Source of the DNA: an uncultured Solirubrobacterales bacterium
GTDB lineage: Bacteria > Actinomycetota > Thermoleophilia > Solirubrobacterales > 70-9
NCBI GenBank assembly: GCA_963795665.1
Contig: CAWCIP010000016.1
Location: 15,930-79,929 of the forward strand
DNA length: 64,000 nucleotides
Direction of reading: 5' to 3'
In this document: positions 27,540 to 35,922 of the stretch, one piece after another
How the letters are laid out: each line of letters begins with the position of its first letter
Position numbering within the stretch: position 1 is the first letter of the stretch
The notes under the pieces: generated by a model
What the model saw: only the letters and a program-made list of their open reading frames with translations
Told to the model about the DNA's origin: nothing
Databases searched by the model: none
Made by a program: the position numbers and the translations under genes

Positions 27540-27979
27540 GTCGGGGCTCCGGCCTTCAGCCTTGCGCTGAGCTCAATCTCCTTGACCCCGGCGAGCGCCC
27601 GGGAGACGGCGCAGCCGCCCCGTGCATCCTCCGCCTGCTGCTCGAAGGTCGCCTGGTCGATTCCGGGCACGTCCCCCTCCGTCTCCAGCTTGATGTTGTC
27701 GATCGTGGGGAGGCCGTCGACATTGCGGATCTGAACCCGTGCCGTCGTCTTGATCGAGTTGGGCGCGTGCCCGGCCTCGGTGAGCTGGGCGCTCAGCGCC
27801 ATCGAGAAGCAGCCGGCGTGAGCTGCAGCGATCAGCTCTTCGGGGTTGGTGCCGTCGCCCTCCTCGAACCGCGACGCGAACGAGTAGTCGCCGCTCCAGA
27901 CGCCGTCGCCGACCGTCACGGTTCCGGAGCCGTCCATCAGGTTTCCGTTCCACTGTGCACTTCCGTTGCGAGTCGCCAC
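27536..27979 (-). CDS. osmC: OsmC family peroxiredoxin
   Basis: NPEELIAAAHAGCFSMAL and the C-terminal GCAVSRAL cysteine pair. Confidence 0.85.
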   Translation of the reverse strand: MATRNGSAQWNGNLMDGSGTVTVGDGVWSGDYSFASRFEEGDGTNPEELIAAAHAGCFSMALSAQLTEAGHAPNSIKTTARVQIRNVDGLPTIDNIKLETEGDVPGIDQATFEQQAEDARGGCAVSRALAGVKEIELSARLKAGAPT

Positions 27980-28043
27980 ATCCGCCTCCTTGTTCGTCTC
28001 CCCCTTTCACCGTAGCGAGGCGGCTCTCTCGGCTCAGACGGGT

Positions 28044-28775
28044 CTAGTACTCGTCGTGGTACCTGACCCAGAGCGGCTCGTCGGGCGGCTCGTTCCGCCC
28101 GGCCGGAGTGCGGTCGAGCAGGGCGTAGTAGGACATCGCCGGTCCCTCCAGGCCGCGCGACGTGGTCGTGTAGGTCCCGTAGACGTCGCCGTCGTCGAGC
28201 GCGAAGACGCTCAGTCCCGGGCCCTCGGCGACGTAGCCGGCCGCGTCGGTGCCGCACATCTCCGCGTTCTGGGTGACGGTGAGGGGGATCTGGCCGCTCT
28301 CCAGGAACGGCTTGAGCTCCTCCTCGGTGTGGAAGTAGCCGAGGTCGCGGTGGAAGTCGGTCTCGGCCGAGACCCAGTCGAACTCCCAGCCCATCCGGTC
28401 GCGGAAGGCGAGCAGCTTCTCGAGCGGGGCACGTGAGGAGCAGATCAGGGTCGTGTCGCGGGCGCCGAGGTGGGCCACCTGCCCGGTGAGGCTGTCGGCG
28501 ATCGAGGAGCAGACCGGGCAGCCGGTCTCGTAGGTGGGGCCGAACATGAAGTGGTAGATGATCAGCTGGGAGCGGCCGTCGAAGAGGTCGGCCAGCGACT
28601 TGGTCCCGTCCTCGGTCTCGAAGCTGTAGTCCTTCTCGACCTTCATCCATGGCAGCTCCTGCCGCTTCTTCGTCAGCTCGTCGCCGCGGCGGGTGAGCTC
28701 CTTCTCCTCGGCCAGCAGCGCTTCGCGCTCGGCCCGCCACTCTTCTCGCGTCACAACTCTGTGGTCCGGCATCAC
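28044..28775 (-). CDS. DUF899 thioredoxin-like family protein
   Basis: EEWRAEREALLAEEKELTRRGDEL...LIIYHFMFGP...GCPVCSS. AGGAGG SD. Confidence 0.8.
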   Translation of the reverse strand: MMPDHRVVTREEWRAEREALLAEEKELTRRGDELTKKRQELPWMKVEKDYSFETEDGTKSLADLFDGRSQLIIYHFMFGPTYETGCPVCSSIADSLTGQVAHLGARDTTLICSSRAPLEKLLAFRDRMGWEFDWVSAETDFHRDLGYFHTEEELKPFLESGQIPLTVTQNAEMCGTDAAGYVAEGPGLSVFALDDGDVYGTYTTTSRGLEGPAMSYYALLDRTPAGRNEPPDEPLWVRYHDEY

Positions 28776-28807
28776 GGTCCTCCTGTGGTCGGTTCGACGT
28801 TCTCCCG

Positions 28808-28831
28808 TATATAGTTAGCAAAATGGCTAAC
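28808..28831. promoter_or_regulatory. TATATA box plus inverted repeat GTTAGC-N6-GCTAAC spanning the ArsR start codon
   Basis: TATATA at 28808-28813. GTTAGCaaaatgGCTAAC at 28814-28831 includes ATG 28823. Confidence 0.4.
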
Positions 28832-29134
28832 GATGTGTTCAAAGCCCTCGCGCACCCCCTCCGCCGCGACATCGTCGAGCGCCTCAGCGGCGGCACGGCC
28901 ACGGTCGGCGAGGTGACCCGGGACTTCGGCGTCTCGAAGCCGACCATATCGAGGCACCTGAGGATGCTCGAGGAGGCCGGCGTCGTCACCCGCGTGATCG
29001 ACGGCCGCAACCATCGCCTCGCGCTGCGGCCGGAGACGCTTGCCGAGACCTCCGATTGGATAGACATCCAGCGAGCTCGCTGGGAGCGGCTGTTCGACGT
29101 GGTCGGCGAGTATCTCGAGGAGCGAAAGGAGTGA
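28823..29134 (+). CDS. ArsR family transcriptional regulator (Cys-free)
   Basis: FKALAHPLRRDIVERL...VSKPTISRHLRMLEEAGVV. No cysteines. Confidence 0.85.
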   Translation: MANDVFKALAHPLRRDIVERLSGGTATVGEVTRDFGVSKPTISRHLRMLEEAGVVTRVIDGRNHRLALRPETLAETSDWIDIQRARWERLFDVVGEYLEERKE

Positions 29135-29580
29135 GGGTGGCCGAGGAAGCGGCAAGGGTGGTCCGGATCGAGCGGAACTTCGATGCTCCGGCGGAGGACG
29201 TCTTCGACGCCTGGACGAGCGAGGAGGTGATTCGGCGCTGGTTCAGGCCGAAGGAGGGCTGGCGGGAGGCCGACGCGGAGGTGGACCTGCGCGTCGGCGG
29301 CAAGGTCCGAGTCGTGATGCGAACGCCCGACGGGGAACCCGTCAAGGCGGGCGGCGAGTACACGCTGATCGAGCGGCCACACCGGCTCGCGTTCACCTGG
29401 ACCTTCGAAGACGATCCCTCCAACCAGCAGATGATCGAGCTGGAGTTCACGGAGCGGGACGGCGTCACCACTGTGCTCTTCGTGAACAGCGAGATCTCCG
29501 ATGAGCAGCGGCGGGACTCTCAGTACGAGGGCTGGTCGACCTGCTTCGATGAGATTGAGCGGGTTCTGGCGTCTAAGTAG
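29131..29580 (+). CDS. SRPBCC / AHSA1 (Aha1-like) domain protein
   Basis: GTGA overlap with the ArsR stop. RIERNFDAPAEDVFDAWTSEEVIRRWF is typical of the family. Confidence 0.8.
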   Translation: MRVAEEAARVVRIERNFDAPAEDVFDAWTSEEVIRRWFRPKEGWREADAEVDLRVGGKVRVVMRTPDGEPVKAGGEYTLIERPHRLAFTWTFEDDPSNQQMIELEFTERDGVTTVLFVNSEISDEQRRDSQYEGWSTCFDEIERVLASK

Positions 29581-29591
29581 GAGAGGCCAAC

Positions 29592-30323
29592 GTGGACGTC
29601 ACCTTCCCAGGAGAGAGTTCCGAGTACAGGGCGGCGCGGAACGAGCTGCTCACCAAGGAGATCGAGCTCCGCCGCCAGATGGAGGCGGTCGCGGCCGCGC
29701 GGCGCGAGCTTCCTGCGGGCGGCGAGATCCCTGGTGACTACGTCTTCCAGGGCGAGGGGCCGGAGGGCAAGGAGATGGACGTGCGGCTCTCGGAGCTGTT
29801 CGCGCCCGGAAAGGACTCGCTGGCGATCTACAGCTTCATGTTTCCCCGCGACCCCGAGGACGATGCGCCCGGGCCGGTCCGCGAGCAGGAGACCGCGAAG
29901 CTTCCGCTGGCCGAGGGTCCGTGCCCGTCCTGCGTGAGCTTGCTGGACCAACTCGACGGGATGGTCGAGCACGCCAGCCAGCACACGAACTTCGCGGTGG
30001 TGGCCAAGACCACCCTCGACCGCCTTGAGACCTGGAAGCGGGAGCGGGGCTGGCGCCGGCTGCGGCTGCTGTCCTCGGCCGGCAACACCTACAACCGCGA
30101 CTATCTCGCCGAGACGCCCGAGGGCGCCCAGCGGCCAATGCTGAACGTCTTCCACCGCGACGGCCAGGCGATCCGGCACTTCTGGGGTTCGGAGCTCTTC
30201 TACGCGCCCTGGGATCCGGATCAGGACCCGAGGCACGTCGGGGCCCTGGAGCCACTCTGGAACCTCTTCGATCTAACCCCTGAAGGGAGACCCAATTGGT
30301 ACGAACAGCTGAATTACGACTGA
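29592..30323 (+). CDS. DUF899 thioredoxin-like family protein (second copy)
   Basis: EYRAARNELLTKEIELRRQMEAV...LAIYSFMF...GPCPSCVS. Confidence 0.8.
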   Translation: MDVTFPGESSEYRAARNELLTKEIELRRQMEAVAAARRELPAGGEIPGDYVFQGEGPEGKEMDVRLSELFAPGKDSLAIYSFMFPRDPEDDAPGPVREQETAKLPLAEGPCPSCVSLLDQLDGMVEHASQHTNFAVVAKTTLDRLETWKRERGWRRLRLLSSAGNTYNRDYLAETPEGAQRPMLNVFHRDGQAIRHFWGSELFYAPWDPDQDPRHVGALEPLWNLFDLTPEGRPNWYEQLNYD

Positions 30324-31138
30324 CCGCCATCTTCCTGCTGGCGGCGGCCGCGATCGCCTGGGTGGTGACCGCGGACCGGATGCAGGGGATGGATGCCGGG
30401 CCGGGAACCGACCTCGGCTCCTTCGGCTGGTTCGCCGGTGTCTGGGCGGTGATGATGGCCGCGATGATGCTGCCTTCCCTGATTCCGATGGCCGGGGCAT
30501 ACGCGGGCAAGGCACGTGGCGGCTCGGCGGATGTGACGCCTCGGTCCCTGCTGCTCACCACCCTGTTCACCGCCGGCTATCTCCTCACCTGGGTGCTCGT
30601 CGGGCTGGTCGCCTGGGTTGCATTCGAGGCTGTTCGCTCGCTCGACATCTCCTTCCTCGGCTGGGACGACGGAGGCCGGTATGTAGCCGGGGCGGTGATC
30701 GCGGGCGCCGCCCTCTATGAGTTGACGCCGCTGAAGCGGACCTGCCTGCGGCATTGCCGCGATCGCGAGCTGCTGGTGGCGGACTGGCGGGAGGGCGCGG
30801 GCGGCGCGCTCCGCATGGGCCTCGACCAGGGCGCCTATTGCGTCGGCTCGTCGTGGGCGCTGATGGCCGCGCTCTTCGCGCTCGGCGTGATGAGCATCAC
30901 CTGGATGGTGGTGATCGCGGCGTTGATCGTGCTCGAGAAGCTGCTGCCCTGGCGGGAGCGCGCCGAGGCGGTGACGGTGATGGTGCTTCTGGCATTGGCC
31001 GTCGGAGTCGCCTTCTTCCCGGGCCAAGTTCCGGGCCTGACGACCCCGGACTCGCCGGCGGCAATGCGCGCGATGGATTCGATGTCGATGCACGATGCGC
31101 CGGCGCACGAGCCGCAGATGCAGGGCATGAGCCCTTGA
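30296..31138 (+). CDS. DUF2182 family integral membrane protein (predicted metal-binding)
   Basis: TTG start with an [30 protein letters not shown] signature. 28-nt overlap with the upstream gene. Confidence 0.7.
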   Translation: MVRTAELRLTAIFLLAAAAIAWVVTADRMQGMDAGPGTDLGSFGWFAGVWAVMMAAMMLPSLIPMAGAYAGKARGGSADVTPRSLLLTTLFTAGYLLTWVLVGLVAWVAFEAVRSLDISFLGWDDGGRYVAGAVIAGAALYELTPLKRTCLRHCRDRELLVADWREGAGGALRMGLDQGAYCVGSSWALMAALFALGVMSITWMVVIAALIVLEKLLPWRERAEAVTVMVLLALAVGVAFFPGQVPGLTTPDSPAAMRAMDSMSMHDAPAHEPQMQGMSP

Positions 31139-31217
31139 TTTAGAGGGTCCGCAGGTATGCCGAGCTGCTGAACTGGGAAGACGACATCGACCTCTACCGC
31201 GAAAGGCTTGGCAAGAA

Positions 31218-32207
31218 ATGAAGCAGCGAAATCTTGGTGACCTGGAAGTCTCGGAGATCGGCCTCGGGTGCATGGGAATGTCCGCCTTCTACGGCGAGAC
31301 CGACGAGGAGGAGTCCATCGCGACGATCCATCGGGCTCTGGAGCTCGGCATCGACTTCCTCGACACCGCGCAGATCTACGGCCCGCTGACCAACGAGGAG
31401 CTGGTCGGTGAGGCGATCAAGGGCAAGCGGGATCAGTACGTGATCGCGAGCAAGTTCCAGCGCGATCTGGACAACGCCGTCCCGGGCGACATGTCGACGC
31501 TCGGCGGGCTCGACAGCTCCCCCGAGAACGTCAGGAAGACGATCGATGGCACGCTCGAGCGCCTTGGGATCGACCAGATCGACCTCTACTACCAGCACCG
31601 CGTCGACCCGAACGTCGAGATCGAGGAGACCGTGGGCGCGATGGCCGAGCTCGTCGAGGCGGGAAAGGTTCGCCACCTGGGCCTCAGCGAGGCCGCGCCG
31701 GAGACGATCCGCCGCGCCCATGCCGTCCATCCGATCACCGCTCTGCAGACGGAGTACTCGGTGTTCGCGCGCGAGCCGGAGGCAGAGATCCTGCCGACCT
31801 GCCGGGAGCTCGGGATCGGCTTCGTGGCCTACTCGCCGCTCGGTCGAGGCTTCCTCTCGGGGCGGTTTGCCTCACCGGACGAGCTCGCAGAGGACGACTT
31901 CCGGCGGAGCCAGCCCCGCTTCCAGGGCGAGAACCTGGAGGCGAACAGGAGGATCGTCGCGAAGCTCGGCGAGATCGCCGAGGAGAAGGACATCACCCCG
32001 GCTCAGCTGGCGCTCGCCTGGGTCCTGGCCCAGGGCGAGGACATCGTCCCCATCCCCGGCACCAAGCGCCGCAAGTACCTCGAGGAGAACGCGGCCGCCG
32101 CGGACATCGAGCTGACCGACGAGGATCTCGCGCGGATCAACGAGGAGCTGCCCGAGGTCTCCGGCGACCGCTACGAGGAGACCGGGATGGCGGCGGTGAA
32201 TCTCTAG
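31218..32207 (+). CDS. aldo/keto reductase
   Basis: [42 protein letters not shown]. Confidence 0.9.
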   Translation: MKQRNLGDLEVSEIGLGCMGMSAFYGETDEEESIATIHRALELGIDFLDTAQIYGPLTNEELVGEAIKGKRDQYVIASKFQRDLDNAVPGDMSTLGGLDSSPENVRKTIDGTLERLGIDQIDLYYQHRVDPNVEIEETVGAMAELVEAGKVRHLGLSEAAPETIRRAHAVHPITALQTEYSVFAREPEAEILPTCRELGIGFVAYSPLGRGFLSGRFASPDELAEDDFRRSQPRFQGENLEANRRIVAKLGEIAEEKDITPAQLALAWVLAQGEDIVPIPGTKRRKYLEENAAAADIELTDEDLARINEELPEVSGDRYEETGMAAVNL

Positions 32208-32216
32208 GGAAGAGTC

Positions 32217-33419
32217 TCAGGAGCGGGTCGGAGCGCTGGAGAACCAGCGCTCCACACGCTCCGGGCTCATCACCTCCGACGGTTCCACCAGGCGGCTGAA
32301 GGAGTCGCGGAGGTCCTGACCCGCGTCCGAATCGCTCGCCCACCCCTTCCAGAGCTTCTCCGCGGCCTCGCGGTGAGGGAAGCGCCCCCACGAGAAGGAC
32401 CAGTCGTAGTGCTCGGCCGCCCGCGCATCCCGCCAGGCCTCGTACTCCGCCAGGCTCGGTGTCGAGGACGAGAGCGCCTCGGCGACGTGGATGGCCTGCT
32501 CGACGGCGTCGCCGATCCCCTGGGCGGTGCCGGGGTGCTTGAAGTGCGATGCATCGCCGAGCAGGGCCCAACCGGGCCCGGCCGGCTTGCGGAAGAACCC
32601 GCGCATCAGCGTTTCCGGCGCCACGCTGACCTCGGTGGCGAGCTCGGCCCGCTCGAGCACGTCGGGCTCGATCATCTCCGGGAAGCGGCGCAGAAGCTCG
32701 ACGTACCGCCGGCGGCGATCGGATTGCGTCCCTCGCGTGAAGTCCGCATCGCCCATCGCGATCAAGAGGTGGAGCCCGTCCTCCACCGCCGAGCGGCTGG
32801 CGAACTCGCGCTCGTGGATCTCGATCGTGCCGTAGCCGTTGTCGGGAATGCCGCTCCAGTAGCCGTACAGGAAGGCGACCTCGCCCTTGGCGGTGCGTTC
32901 CTTCTCGATCCCGAGTCTCCCGGCCACCGTCGAGCCGCGCCCGTCCGCGCCGAAGACCCACTTCGCCCGGATCTCATCCCCGTTGTCGAGCACCACTCCC
33001 GCGACCGGGTCCTCATCGGTGCCCGAGCCGATCAGCTCGACGACCCGCTGGCCGAAGCGTCCCTCGGCCCCGGCCGCCAGGGCGGTGTCGACGATGGCCT
33101 TGTCGAGAGCGGATCGGCGCGTGACGGCCATGCGGTCGTATCCGTCGATCGGCGTGTACAGGCCGGCGACCTCGTATCCGAGGCCCACGAGCCGGCTCCC
33201 CAGCAGGGGAATGTCGTGAGAGGCGCGGAGCGCGTCCATCACGCCGAGCTGCTCGAAGCGGGCGAGGGTGTTCGGATAGACGCCGTGGGTCGAGATCGTC
33301 TCGCTGGGGAAGGTGTCGCGGTCGATCACCAGCACGTCCCAGTCGCGCTTGGCGAGGGCGATCGCCAGGGTCGATCCGGCGCATCGGGCGCCGACGATGA
33401 CCGCGTCCTTCTCCTCCAT
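32217..33419 (-). CDS. FAD-dependent oxidoreductase / monooxygenase (paralog 1)
   Basis: DAVIVGARCAGS dinucleotide fold and GDASHFKHPGTAQGIGDA motif. Confidence 0.8.
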   Translation of the reverse strand: MEEKDAVIVGARCAGSTLAIALAKRDWDVLVIDRDTFPSETISTHGVYPNTLARFEQLGVMDALRASHDIPLLGSRLVGLGYEVAGLYTPIDGYDRMAVTRRSALDKAIVDTALAAGAEGRFGQRVVELIGSGTDEDPVAGVVLDNGDEIRAKWVFGADGRGSTVAGRLGIEKERTAKGEVAFLYGYWSGIPDNGYGTIEIHEREFASRSAVEDGLHLLIAMGDADFTRGTQSDRRRRYVELLRRFPEMIEPDVLERAELATEVSVAPETLMRGFFRKPAGPGWALLGDASHFKHPGTAQGIGDAVEQAIHVAEALSSSTPSLAEYEAWRDARAAEHYDWSFSWGRFPHREAAEKLWKGWASDSDAGQDLRDSFSRLVEPSEVMSPERVERWFSSAPTRS

Positions 33420-33430
33420 CCCGACCGAGC

Positions 33431-34642
33431 CTACTGCGCCGCGACGGGCCCGCTTGGCGCGCCGAACCAGCGGGCGAGGCGCTCCTCGCTCATCACCTTC
33501 GAGGGGGACACCCGGCGGGTGTAGGTGTCGCGCAGGTCCTGGCCCGCGTCAGGGTCGCTCGCCCAGCCGCGGAATAGCTTCTCGGTGACGTCAGGCCGGG
33601 GAAAGCGCCCCCAGGCGAACGACCAGTCGTAGTGATCGCTGGCGCGCTCCTCGTGCCAGTCCTCGTATCCCGCGAGGCCCGGATCCGAGCTCGAAAGACG
33701 GTCGGCGATGTAGATCGCCTGTTCAACCGCATCCCCGATTCCCTGGGCGGTGCCCGGGTGCTTGAAGTGGCTGGCATCGCCCAGGAGCGCCCATCCGGGC
33801 CCCGTGGACTTGCGGAAGTACCCGCGCATCAGCGACTCGGGCGCGACGACGAGGTCGGAGATCATCTCCGCGCCCTCGAGCTGCTCGGGAGGGATCGAGT
33901 CCGGGAACCTATGGAGGACGTCGAGGTAGTTGCGGAGCCGCACGTCCCTCGTACCGTGGGTGAATTCGTCGGGCCCGGTCGAGACCAGCAGCGTGACGCC
34001 GTCCTCCGCGGCCCACCTGATGATGATCGCGTCCTCCTTGATGTCGGTGGTGCCGAACCCGTCGTCCTGGATGCCCCTCCAGTAGGCCCACATGAAGGCG
34101 AGCTCTCCCTGCTGCCGGCGCTCCTTCTCGATGCCCAGCTTGCCTGCCACCGTGGAGCCGCGTCCGTCGGCGCCGAAGACCCATTTCGCCCGGATCTCGT
34201 CGCCGTTGTCGAGGACGACACCCGCGACCGGGTCCTCCTCCGACCCGGAGCCGATCAGGTCGACGACCCGTTCGCCGAAGCGCCCCTCCGCTCCCGCCGC
34301 GAGGGCCGTGTCGACGATCGCCTTGTCCAGGGCGGTTCGCCGAACCGAGGACCCCCGATCGAACCCGTCGATCGGCGTGAAGATCCCGGCGGTCTCGTGG
34401 CCCAGGCCGACGACCCGCCAGCCGAGCGAGGGGAGCCGGTGATTCGCGCGCAGCCTGTCGAGGACGCCGAGCTGCTCGAAGCGAGCCAGCGTGTTGGGGA
34501 ACATCATGTGGGTGGAGATCGTGTCGCTCGGGAACGTGTCCCTGTCCACCAGCGCCACGTCCCAGCCGGCCTTCGCGAGGGCAGTGGCGAGAGTCGATCC
34601 CCCGCACCTCGCCCCGACGATGACCGCGTCCTTCTCCTCCAT
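33431..34642 (-). CDS. FAD-dependent oxidoreductase / monooxygenase (paralog 2, tandem)
   Basis: Collinear with 32217..33419, with long identical peptide runs such as PVAGVVLDNGDEIRAKWVFGADGRGSTVAG. Confidence 0.8.
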   Translation of the reverse strand: MEEKDAVIVGARCGGSTLATALAKAGWDVALVDRDTFPSDTISTHMMFPNTLARFEQLGVLDRLRANHRLPSLGWRVVGLGHETAGIFTPIDGFDRGSSVRRTALDKAIVDTALAAGAEGRFGERVVDLIGSGSEEDPVAGVVLDNGDEIRAKWVFGADGRGSTVAGKLGIEKERRQQGELAFMWAYWRGIQDDGFGTTDIKEDAIIIRWAAEDGVTLLVSTGPDEFTHGTRDVRLRNYLDVLHRFPDSIPPEQLEGAEMISDLVVAPESLMRGYFRKSTGPGWALLGDASHFKHPGTAQGIGDAVEQAIYIADRLSSSDPGLAGYEDWHEERASDHYDWSFAWGRFPRPDVTEKLFRGWASDPDAGQDLRDTYTRRVSPSKVMSEERLARWFGAPSGPVAAQ

Positions 34643-34688
34643 GGCAGCGAGCGTACTGCCGCTCAGCCGGGGCGCGGTGTGAGTCCCG

Positions 34689-35078
34689 TCACTTGGCGTC
34701 GAGAGCGGCCCGCGCCTCCTCCCGGTCGCGGTAGACGTCGTACCGAACGACCAGGCCCCCGCGGAAGGTCCAGAGATGGGCGCCCTCAGCCTGCATCTCG
34801 ACGCCGCTGCCCTTGCCGTAGCCCTTCCAGCGGACCAGCGCCAGGACCCGGTCCCCGGACTGGATCAGCTCCTCGGCCTCGATCTTCAGGGGGCGCGCCC
34901 AGGCGCTCAGCCAGTCCGTGAGTACGGCGGTGACCTCATCGAATCCGCTGCCGCGGATCACCTCGCCCATGCCGTGGGACTCCAGCTCAACGGATGGATC
35001 GAAGATCTCGCCGCCGGAGAAGTCGCCTCGCGCCCACCTCTCGTACAGCGCTTCGAGCTTTGCGAGTGGCTCAGGCAC
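34689..35078 (-). CDS. SnoaL-like / NTF2-fold protein
   Basis: 129 aa with the typical size and pattern. Overlaps the rpiA stop by 8 nt. Confidence 0.6.
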   Translation of the reverse strand: MPEPLAKLEALYERWARGDFSGGEIFDPSVELESHGMGEVIRGSGFDEVTAVLTDWLSAWARPLKIEAEELIQSGDRVLALVRWKGYGKGSGVEMQAEGAHLWTFRGGLVVRYDVYRDREEARAALDAK

Positions 35079-35730
35079 GCTCGACTTCGTCGTCGCGCCC
35101 GACCAGGACGCTGCTCACCATCCCCGAGGGAAAGAGCCCGTGGTCGACGACGCCGGGCATCACCGAGAGGCGGGCCGCGAGCTCGCCGGGCTCGTGGACC
35201 TCGCCGTGGTAGTCCGCGATCACGCCGTCGTCGGGGCTCGGCGGGGTGTCGGGACGGACGGTGACGTCGCCGAGCTCGCTCGCGATCCTCGCCAGGGTCG
35301 AGGCGAGGCCGAATCTCGAGAGCTCGAGCGGGATCGGAGCCGAGATCCGGTCGACGGTCTTCGAGGAATCGGCGATGACGATGAAGCTCTCGGCCGAGGC
35401 GGCGACGATCTTCTCGCGGGTGTGCGCCCCGCCACCCCCCTTGACCAGCCAGCGGTCGGGAGCGACCTGGTCGGCGCCGTCGATTGCGATGTCGAGGCGG
35501 TCGAGCTTGTCGAATTCCTCGACGGCGATGCCCAGCTCGCGCGCCTGGTCCTCGGTCGCAACCGAGGTCGCGACGCAGCGGATGTCCTTCAGCCCGCGGG
35601 CGGCAAGCGCCGGTAGGAGGTGGGCAACGGTCGACCCCGTCCCGAGGCCCACCTTCATTCCGTCCGAGACGAGCTCGGCGGCCGCCTCGGCGGCGAGCTT
35701 CTTCTCCCCATCGAGGTTTGGCTCGCTCAC
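35071..35730 (-). CDS. rpiA: ribose-5-phosphate isomerase A
   Basis: GTG 35730. GLGTGST, IDGADQV, KGGGGAHTREK. Confidence 0.88.
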   Translation of the reverse strand: MSEPNLDGEKKLAAEAAAELVSDGMKVGLGTGSTVAHLLPALAARGLKDIRCVATSVATEDQARELGIAVEEFDKLDRLDIAIDGADQVAPDRWLVKGGGGAHTREKIVAASAESFIVIADSSKTVDRISAPIPLELSRFGLASTLARIASELGDVTVRPDTPPSPDDGVIADYHGEVHEPGELAARLSVMPGVVDHGLFPSGMVSSVLVGRDDEVERA

Positions 35731-35739
35731 CGCGGGGAC

Positions 35740-35908
35740 ACTAGTGCCCCTTCCCGGAACACTGCACCCGAACCGGCGGCCTCGGATCCCCGCCATGCAG
35801 CGTCCTCGGTCGGCCGCGTACCACCAGTACGCGGCCTCCCTGCGTCCTCGCCTGGCGGCGCCCGAGACGCGCCGTTTCGGACGCAGCCTTCCGGGAATGG
35901 GCACTAGT
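35740..35908. repeat. 169-bp element bounded by a 19/20 inverted repeat, filling the rpiA-tkt divergent region
   Basis: ACTAGTGCCCCTTCCCGGAA (35740-35759) against TTCCGGGAATGGGCACTAGT (35889-35908). Internal perfect 10-bp hairpin GGCCGCGTAC-cacca-GTACGCGGCC (35812-35836). Confidence 0.55.
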
Positions 35909-35922
35909 CGTAGGATCGTGAA

